Assembly: GCA_036517475.1 (NCBI GenBank) | Contig: DATDVZ010000007.1 | Span: forward strand, 1,706 to 65,705 | Length of the DNA: 64,000 bases | Origin: Minisyncoccota bacterium | Lineage (GTDB): Bacteria; Patescibacteriota; Minisyncoccia; Phycocordibacterales; Zambryskibacteraceae | Reading direction: 5' to 3' | In this document: positions 58,140-64,000 of the stretch, piece after piece | Layout of the letters: every line of letters starts with the position of its first letter | Position numbering within the stretch: position 1 is the stretch's first letter | Program-made: the position numbers and the translations under genes | Notes under the pieces: generated by a model | The model's input: the letters and a program-made list of their open reading frames with translations, nothing else | Told to the model about the DNA's origin: nothing | Databases searched by the model: none

Positions 58140-58382
58140 ATGCCCCAAAAGGATTGTGGATACCGTAGCCTGTATGAAGCGCTTATGATTCAGAGGTTGG
58201 CTGCAATTGATCAAAAGCAAAGAATTGAGAAGGAAATAGAGGATCTCAAATCAAGGTGTCCCCATAAAAATACAAAAACAAGGATTTTTGGTAATGCACC
58301 CCAAATGGTTCGTTATGTCAGAAAAATGTGTCTTGATTGTAACGGTGAGCTTATGTTTCAATTTCTTAAGCCAAACCCATAA
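58140..58382 (+). CDS. small zinc-ribbon protein
   Basis: MPQKDCGYRSLYEAL...CPHKN...CLDCNG; upstream part of ORF (58056-) overlaps pilin gene and is probably not translated. Confidence 0.35.
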   Translation: MPQKDCGYRSLYEALMIQRLAAIDQKQRIEKEIEDLKSRCPHKNTKTRIFGNAPQMVRYVRKMCLDCNGELMFQFLKPNP

Positions 58383-58443
58383 ACCAATTCTGTCTAAGAA
58401 TTGGTTTTTTGATTTTTTTTATTACAGAAGTACAATGTGAAAT

Positions 58444-59967
58444 ATGTCAGGCCCAGAGGAAATTATAAGTTTAATGACAGAGCAAAGAGAAGACAAAGTT
58501 CTGATTGAAAAAGCGTACAAGTTTTCAGAACTTGCTCACAGTGATCAGAAACGTCTTTCAGGAGATGACTATTTTATTCATTTGGTTGAAACCGCAAAAA
58601 TTCTTGCAGAATTTGGTATGGGAGCAGTGGTTGTCGCCGCCGGACTCTTGCATGATTCACTTGAGGATGGAAAAGTGACTGCAAACGAACTGAAAAAAGA
58701 ATTCGGCGCTGAAATTCTATTTTTAGTGGAGGGAGTTACAAAGCTTGGAAAATTAAGATACAGGGGGGCAGACAGGCATAATGAAAGTCTGCGTAAACTT
58801 TTTGTGGCAATGTCACAGGATATAAGGGTGCTGATGATTAAATTTGCTGACAGACTTCATAATATGAGAACTCTTTCTCATGTGGATAAGGACAAGCAAA
58901 AACGAATCGCCGGAGAAACCCTTGAGATTTTTGCTCCCATTGCCTACCGGCTGGGTATCCGCAAACTCTCTCGTGAACTTGAGGATCTTTCTTTCCCCTA
59001 CGTTTACCCTAAAGAGTATGAGAGGGTAAAAGCAGTCACGAAGGAAAAACATGAGAAAAATGTTAAAAACCTTGAGGATTTCCTGAAGTCCATAAAAAAA
59101 GCTCTGGCAAAAGAGGGTCTAATCAATGTTAGAACTGAATACAGAGTCAAGGGTTTGTATAGTTTGTATAAAAAACTTCAGAATAAGGAGCATAATGAAG
59201 AAAATATTTATGACATTATGGCGCTGCGTATTATAGTGCCGGAATTAACAGACTGTTATAGGGCTCTGGGTATTATTCACGGCAACTGGCAGCCGCTTCC
59301 AGGCAGAATCAAGGACTACATAGCCCTGCCAAAACCAAACGGTTATCAGTCAATACATACGACAGTTTTTACAGGTAATGGCTCACTTGTTGAAATTCAA
59401 ATCAGAACTGCCGACATGCACGAACATGCCGAATATGGCATTGCCTCGCACATTTCCTACAAAGAAGGCAAGAGGGGTGGCAGTCCGGAAAATCTCAATT
59501 GGATAAGTACACTTTTACCAAAACACAACTTCAAGGAGGTTATTGATCAGGAGTCAGTTCCAGCTCTTATTTCAAAGTTTCAGGATATTCCTCATTGGAT
59601 AAAAGATTTGGTGAAATATAGGCAAAGTACGGATAATCATGAAATATTCAACGAGGATTTAAAAAATGATTTTTTTCAACATAGAATTTTCGTTTTTACT
59701 CCGCTAGGAGATGTTGTTGATCTACCAAAAGACTCAACCCCCATCGATTTTGCCTATTCAATTCACTCGGATATCGGCGATCATATGTGGGGAGCAAAAA
59801 TTAACGGTAAACTTGTATCCCTTGACACCAAACTTCAAAGCGGCGATATTGTTGAAATTATTACAAAATCTTCTGCCAAGCCCACAAGTAAATGGCTTAA
59901 TAGTATTAAAACCACCCTTGCCCGCAGACAAATCCGCGGCGCCATCCTCAAGGAAAAACTCAAATAA
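58444..59967 (+). CDS. bifunctional (p)ppGpp synthetase/hydrolase, RelA/SpoT family (short, HD + synthetase + TGS)
   Basis: HD motif HLVETAKILAEFGMGAVVVAAGLLHDSLED; synthetase RVKGLYSLYKKL, DIMALRIIV; TGS domain. Confidence 0.8.
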   Translation: MSGPEEIISLMTEQREDKVLIEKAYKFSELAHSDQKRLSGDDYFIHLVETAKILAEFGMGAVVVAAGLLHDSLEDGKVTANELKKEFGAEILFLVEGVTKLGKLRYRGADRHNESLRKLFVAMSQDIRVLMIKFADRLHNMRTLSHVDKDKQKRIAGETLEIFAPIAYRLGIRKLSRELEDLSFPYVYPKEYERVKAVTKEKHEKNVKNLEDFLKSIKKALAKEGLINVRTEYRVKGLYSLYKKLQNKEHNEENIYDIMALRIIVPELTDCYRALGIIHGNWQPLPGRIKDYIALPKPNGYQSIHTTVFTGNGSLVEIQIRTADMHEHAEYGIASHISYKEGKRGGSPENLNWISTLLPKHNFKEVIDQESVPALISKFQDIPHWIKDLVKYRQSTDNHEIFNEDLKNDFFQHRIFVFTPLGDVVDLPKDSTPIDFAYSIHSDIGDHMWGAKINGKLVSLDTKLQSGDIVEIITKSSAKPTSKWLNSIKTTLARRQIRGAILKEKLK

Positions 59968-60014
59968 TTTTTCTGGCTAAAAATTTAAATACAGAGGTAT
60001 AAGCAATTATTTTA

Positions 60015-60034
60015 TACTATGATATATCATAGTA
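60015..60034. repeat. 20-bp perfect palindrome TACTATGATATATCATAGTA (copy 1; 30-bp exact repeat with 61782-61811)
   Basis: Identical copy inside miaA; both within 1.8 kb of parB. Confidence 0.7.
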
Positions 60035-60069
60035 AAATAAAAAATTAAGACCTTAACTAAATAATAAAC

Positions 60070-61104
60070 TTAAACAGTAAAGTTTTTTATTGAATAAATA
60101 TCTTCTTCATCTTTCTTTTTCTCATCAATGGATCTATCATCTTCGAGCGTTAAATTCACTTCAGAATTTTGGGTCTTGTCCGAATCTGGGGTTGCTTGCC
60201 CTGTTAAATAATCCTGCTTTTGCAGGATTCCAGCTTCGCTGGATTTAACAGGGTTAATTGGTTGTAAGTTGTTAGTTGTAGGTTGCTGCAATATCTGAAT
60301 TAAACTTTTCAAATCCTCATTTGAAAAGAAATCAATCAAAATTTTTCCTCCCACTTCCTTTCTTTCAATCTGCACCCTTGTGCCGAGTGCCTCCTTTAGC
60401 TGCTCCTCCAAATCAATAGTTTCTGGGTCAATAGCATGTTCTTTTTTGCGGACTTTGTCATAGGCAATCCGGCGGGCAATTCCTTCCGCCTCGCGAACAG
60501 TAAGTCTTTTAAGAATTATTTCCTTAAACAAAACTCCCCTCTCATCCGGCCTGTCATTTAACATCATAAGCGGACGGGCATGACCTTCGGTGATCTTACC
60601 TCCCGAAAGTGCGTCCTGCATGTCTGAAGGAAGCGTCAGTAGTCGAAGACTGTTTGAAACATACTCGCGGCTTTTGCCGATTTTTTGGGCAATTAACTGA
60701 TGAGTAAAACCAAATTCATTTGCAAGCCTGTCAAAAGCCCTTGCTCGATCAATAGGATTTAGGTCTTCTCTTTGCAAGTTCTCAATAATTGAGAGCTCAA
60801 GCTTCATTAGGTCAGTGTCATCTCCGGTTTTTATGAGACACGGCACCTGGGAAAGGCCTGCCATTTTGGAGGCGCGCAGTCTTCTTTCTCCGGCAATAAG
60901 CTCGTACTTAACACCCATTCCGCCTTCTGGCTTTTCAAATTCTTTACGAGTTACAACTAATGCCTGAAGGACTCCGTACTGGCGGATTGAATCAGAGAGG
61001 CTCTGCATTTCAGCTTCGCCGAATTCACGGCGTGGTTGAAATGGGTTTGGCTCAATCTTATCAACATCGATCCAGAAAACCGAATCATTTAAAAATTGGG
61101 ACAT
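60070..61104 (-). CDS. parB: chromosome partitioning protein ParB/Spo0J
   Basis: ParB box GERRLRA, HTH, KIEPNPFQPRR N-terminal motif. Confidence 0.8.
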   Translation of the reverse strand: MSQFLNDSVFWIDVDKIEPNPFQPRREFGEAEMQSLSDSIRQYGVLQALVVTRKEFEKPEGGMGVKYELIAGERRLRASKMAGLSQVPCLIKTGDDTDLMKLELSIIENLQREDLNPIDRARAFDRLANEFGFTHQLIAQKIGKSREYVSNSLRLLTLPSDMQDALSGGKITEGHARPLMMLNDRPDERGVLFKEIILKRLTVREAEGIARRIAYDKVRKKEHAIDPETIDLEEQLKEALGTRVQIERKEVGGKILIDFFSNEDLKSLIQILQQPTTNNLQPINPVKSSEAGILQKQDYLTGQATPDSDKTQNSEVNLTLEDDRSIDEKKKDEEDIYSIKNFTV

Positions 61105-61409
61105 GATGATTTTTCTTATGAACGAAGTGAATTATAAATAATCATCACCCCGTTGCAATTTTGCCGTAAAATTTCTTTATGCAGTGCGTGTGCCGAATAG
61201 GCATATACTTCTGTGGGCGTAGTGCTGTATGAATTATAAACAAACTGATTATACAAATGTATCATCCTCATTTAAATATTTGCAAAATTGCTATGGGGTT
61301 AAGTGCTAATCTCACTCTGTTATTATAATTTTAACACAACCGACAACAAACAACTTAAATATTGTTTCAAAATCAAAATTGTTGTAAGTTGTTAGTTGTT
61401 AGTTGATTT

Positions 61410-61492
61410 GCCGGGGTGGCGGAATGGCAGACGCGATGGACTCAAAATCCATTGTCCGCAAGGATGTGAGAGTTCGAGTCTCTCTCCCGGCA
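61410..61492 (+). tRNA. tRNA-Leu (anticodon CAA), type II with long variable arm
   Basis: Acceptor GCCGGGG/UCCCGGC, anticodon stem AUGGA/UCCAU loop CUCAAAA, variable arm UGUCCGCAAGGAUGU, T arm GAGAG-UUCGAGU-CUCUC. Confidence 0.7.
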
Positions 61493-61494
61493 TA

Positions 61495-62460
61495 ATGAAA
61501 CCCAAAATTCTCGTTATTGTAGGACCCACAGCCTCCGGGAAAAGCAATTTGGCTGTAAAATTGGCCCTTCGACTTCGCTCAGGGCAAGCTCAAAAAATTG
61601 GAATTAAGGGTGGAGAAATAATTTCTGCTGATTCAAGGCAGGTTTATAAAGGACTAAATCTTGGAACAGGAAAAATTACAAAAAAAGAAATGCGAGGTGT
61701 CCCTCACCATTTACTTGATATTATAGACCCGAGGAAATCATTTTCAGTCTTTGATTTTGTAAAAAAAGCCAATCACGCAATTACTATGATATATCATAGT
61801 AAAAAATTGCCCATAATCGTTGGCGGAACTGGATTTTATATTGATGCTTTAGTTTATGATCAGAAATTTCCCAATGTAAAAGCCAACTTAAAACTGCGAA
61901 AAAAACTTCAAAAAATGAGTGCTAGCGAGCTTTATAAAATTTTAAAAAAGAAAGACTTAGCAAGAGCAAAAAGTGTTGATAGAAATAATAAAGTGAGGCT
62001 TATAAGAGCATTGGAAATTGTGGAAAAACTCGGAAAAGTCCCCAAATTAACTAACAACTTACAACCAACAACTTACAACGCATTATTAATTGGGTTAAAA
62101 TCTAATAATGAAATTCTGCGAAAAAATATTCACAAGAGACTGATTCAAAGAATAAAAAAAGGAATGATAAAAGAGGTCAAAAAATTGCACTCTGGAGGTC
62201 TTTCATGGAAACGTATGGAAGAATTAGGGCTTGAGTACCGTTATATAACAAGATTTTTGCAAAATAAAATAACTAAAATAGAGATGTCAAATCAGCTTGA
62301 ATCGTCCATCTGGCAATACTCACGCCGGCAGATTACTTGGTTTAAAAGAAATAAGCAAATACTCTGGTTTAATCCGGAAGAGAAAAATTCAAGTAAGAAA
62401 ATCGAAGATGTTGTAAAAAAATTAGTCCTTGACAAAAATAAAAAAGACGATATACTATAA
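61495..62460 (+). CDS. miaA: tRNA dimethylallyltransferase
   Basis: P-loop GPTASGKS, ADSRQVYKGLNLGTGK; ORF-track N-terminal extension (from 61396) rejected because it reads through tRNA-Leu. Confidence 0.8.
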   Translation: MKPKILVIVGPTASGKSNLAVKLALRLRSGQAQKIGIKGGEIISADSRQVYKGLNLGTGKITKKEMRGVPHHLLDIIDPRKSFSVFDFVKKANHAITMIYHSKKLPIIVGGTGFYIDALVYDQKFPNVKANLKLRKKLQKMSASELYKILKKKDLARAKSVDRNNKVRLIRALEIVEKLGKVPKLTNNLQPTTYNALLIGLKSNNEILRKNIHKRLIQRIKKGMIKEVKKLHSGGLSWKRMEELGLEYRYITRFLQNKITKIEMSNQLESSIWQYSRRQITWFKRNKQILWFNPEEKNSSKKIEDVVKKLVLDKNKKDDIL

Positions 62461-62695
62461 ACAGACTGAGCCAAAGGAACCCATGAAATACGGACTAACT
62501 TTGTTTACTATGGGTCTTCTGATGTTATTTTGTGTAAGTTGGATCGTCTCCCGAAACTGGGGAATGGTAGAAATTTTCGCCTTAGTCCCGGCAGTGGCTG
62601 GCCTCATACTTACACTTGCCGGATTTTGCTGGGTAACGGTTAACTCTTTTTTCTGGGTCATCAAAGCTTTTCGAAGATCTGTCGCCAAAAGGTGA
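62429..62695 (+). CDS. small membrane protein
   Basis: 88 aa, 2 TM. Confidence 0.35.
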   Translation: MTKIKKTIYYKQTEPKEPMKYGLTLFTMGLLMLFCVSWIVSRNWGMVEIFALVPAVAGLILTLAGFCWVTVNSFFWVIKAFRRSVAKR

Positions 62696-62746
62696 CAGAT
62701 CTTTTTGTTTGAAACAAAGAAGTAATTTGATACGATACAACACATT

Positions 62747-62778
62747 GGGAGCTTAGTTAAGTGGTATAACTGCGGTCT
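62747..62778 (+). pseudogene. partial duplicate of tRNA-Trp 5' half (acceptor-D-anticodon stem region)
   Basis: GGGAGCTTAGTTAAGTGGTATAACTGCGGTCT matches 62803-62834 (GGGTGGTTAGTTAAGTGGTATAACTGCGGTCT) with 3 changes, then diverges. Confidence 0.6.
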
Positions 62779-62802
62779 AGTTAAAAAAATAAAGAAAAGT
62801 TT

Positions 62803-62873
62803 GGGTGGTTAGTTAAGTGGTATAACTGCGGTCTCCAAAACCGCTATCGAGGGTTCGATTCCTTCACCACCCG
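62803..62873 (+). tRNA. tRNA-Trp (anticodon CCA)
   Basis: Acceptor GGGUGGU/ACCACCC, D arm GUUA-AGUGGUA-UAAC, anticodon stem GCGGU/ACCGC loop CUCCAAA, T arm GAGGG-UUCGAUU-CCUUC. Confidence 0.7.
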
Positions 62874-62875
62874 TA

Positions 62876-63328
62876 ATGAAAATTAGACAGATGGAAAAGA
62901 CGGACATAAGAAGGGTTGTCAGTCTGTATCTAGATGCAAACACCTTTGCGACAAAAGAAAATATCAGCAAATGGACATTAGAAGGATTACTGAAATACCC
63001 TCTTCTTAATTTAGTCGCAGAAAAAAACTCTAATATCGTAGGAGCTGTATCTGGTATATTAAGAAAAAATATTGGAGTAATTAATGATATTGCAGTAAAA
63101 AACAACTACAGAAACCAAAAAATAGGAAATTTATTATTTCAAAAAATCCTAAACAAATTCAAAAAACTTAAAGTCCAGAAAATAACTCTGTGGGTACATT
63201 TCAGTAACATCAGGGCAATACCCTTTTACTATAGATTCGGCTTTAAAATAAAGAGAATTTCTACTACAAAAAATATTAAATTTGTGCCAAATGGAGAGCA
63301 GATTTTCCACCTAGAAAAGAGACTTTAA
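62876..63328 (+). CDS. GNAT-family N-acetyltransferase
   Basis: GNAT motif A region IAVKNNYRNQKIGNLLF; starts 2 nt after tRNA-Trp. Confidence 0.6.
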   Translation: MKIRQMEKTDIRRVVSLYLDANTFATKENISKWTLEGLLKYPLLNLVAEKNSNIVGAVSGILRKNIGVINDIAVKNNYRNQKIGNLLFQKILNKFKKLKVQKITLWVHFSNIRAIPFYYRFGFKIKRISTTKNIKFVPNGEQIFHLEKRL

Positions 63329-63337
63329 AAAAAATTA

Positions 63338-63493
63338 TTATTTTTTGACTTCCTTAAAAACAACTCTTTTTCGAAGCTTTTTGGAGAATTTTTTAAGCTC
63401 AATTTTGCGCTCTACTTTGCGCTTATTTTTACGAGTGAAATAAACCTCGCCTGTTTCCTTATTTTTTAAAATAATTAGATTATCCTGCGACAT
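63338..63493 (-). CDS. rpmG: 50S ribosomal protein L33
   Basis: IILKNKETGEVYFTRKNKRKVERKIELKKFSKKLRKRVVFKEVK matches L33; start set at MSQDN internal Met. Confidence 0.6.
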   Translation of the reverse strand: MSQDNLIILKNKETGEVYFTRKNKRKVERKIELKKFSKKLRKRVVFKEVKK

Positions 63494-63547
63494 AAATTTG
63501 AAACAATAATAATACAGAAATTGCTCAATTAAGCAAATCACTTTTAT

Positions 63548-63590
63548 CTAATCTATTCTAATGTTCTTAAGAACATTAGAATAGATTAAT
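63548..63590. promoter_or_regulatory. 36-bp perfect palindrome ATCTATTCTAATGTTC-TTAA-GAACATTAGAATAGAT
   Basis: Between stop of 63586..63840 and start of rpmG; operator or bidirectional terminator-like hairpin. Confidence 0.4.
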
Positions 63591-63840
63591 CCGATGCGGA
63601 AAAAATTTCTGAACCCTCCTTGGCCTGCTGAGAGAGTTTAATTGCTACCTCCTGGCCCTTTTTACCACTCTCAATTGCACTGTGCTCTAATTGCATTGAT
63701 TCCACACTATCTTCAAACTCCTTATCCCCATGCTTTACTTTGACTTTATCTCCAACTTTAAGAGCTCCAGTTAGTTTAACTACTGCCACCCCGATTTTAT
63801 CGTACCAATGTACAACTTTTCCTAAAGATTTTTCCGCCAT
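63586..63840 (-). CDS. small hypothetical protein (beta-barrel-like, Lys/Val-rich)
   Basis: 84-aa ORF. Confidence 0.4.
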   Translation of the reverse strand: MAEKSLGKVVHWYDKIGVAVVKLTGALKVGDKVKVKHGDKEFEDSVESMQLEHSAIESGKKGQEVAIKLSQQAKEGSEIFSASD

Positions 63841-64000
63841 GTTTACTTGCCCACCTAAGTCCCGCTTAGCGGGATTTTGGTGGGTAAAAAATTACCCTGC
63901 GACCTTCATTTAAGATTATTACAATAAAAACAAATTTCAAGTATTCTCAATCCTCCAATGTCTTTTCTCATTATCCCAGACAAATTTCACTGGAACAGCC

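Noticed and set aside
61105-61409. Canonical parS (TGTTNCACGTGAAACA) upstream of parB
   Set aside because: No match or near-match found by eye in the parB upstream region. The only strong palindromes nearby are the TACTATGATATATCATAGTA pair, reported as a candidate instead.
61396-61494. N-terminal extension of miaA (ORF-track start 61396)
   Set aside because: It reads straight through a well-formed tRNA-Leu(CAA). P-loop protein begins MKPKILVIVGPTASGKS at 61495.
1-64000. CRISPR array / cas genes
   Set aside because: No run of regularly spaced short direct repeats with unique spacers anywhere in the window. The repeats found are long (28-160 nt), few, and not regularly spaced.
1-64000. rRNA genes, transposases, integrases, prophage structural genes
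   Set aside because: No ORF with transposase/integrase/phage motifs (DDE, tyrosine recombinase RxxR...HxxR...Y, terminase, capsid) and no rRNA-like conserved stretches were recognised. The mobile-looking features here are all non-autonomous repeats.

Overview
This 64 kb window is AT-rich and densely packed with short genes, mostly on the minus strand. Ribosome-binding sites are weak or absent, there are many type IV pilin-like genes, and DprA is present. I infer a small-genome Patescibacteria/CPR-like bacterium; this rests only on sequence character. Main contents, left to right:

- A TerY-P-type signalling triad: vWA, PP2C phosphatase and Ser/Thr kinase. The kinase ORF runs off the window start and is missing from the supplied ORF track.
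- An NAD salvage/biosynthesis cluster: pncA, pncB, nadE, a NadD-like adenylyltransferase and an ADP-ribose Nudix hydrolase. A candidate operator, AGTGT-N7-ACACT, sits upstream of both nadE and pncA. An unusual 549-aa nucleotidyltransferase-like/methyltransferase fusion lies within the cluster.
- ribA, a sulfonate/THI5-type ABC transporter, a phosphoribosyltransferase, and two nucleotide-sanitising enzymes (an HD 5'-nucleotidase and a MutT-type Nudix).
- Glycosyltransferases, a DEAD-box helicase, dnaX, ftsQ, serS, dprA, topA, a type IV pilin/pseudopilin operon, hisS, relA/spoT, parB, miaA, rpmG.
- Four tRNAs: Gln-UUG, Leu-CAA, Trp-CCA, plus a 5'-half pseudo-copy of tRNA-Trp.

Features not explained by gene calls:

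1. A roughly 160-nt GC-rich, multi-hairpin intergenic repeat family with at least four copies.
2. A 28-bp perfect palindrome present three times in promoter regions of nucleotide-metabolism genes.
3. A structured element inserted at the topA 3' end, with a coding-conserved duplicate of the last 17 codons.
4. A promoter-to-terminator candidate ncRNA of about 220 nt.
5. Identical 30-bp palindromic operators flanking an ArsR gene.
6. Short exact repeats, including a 20-bp palindrome that may be a parS-like site, around parB-tRNA-Leu-miaA.
7. A higher-GC island encoding a poly-proline/Big_2 lipoprotein.

No CRISPR array, rRNA, transposase or integrase was found.
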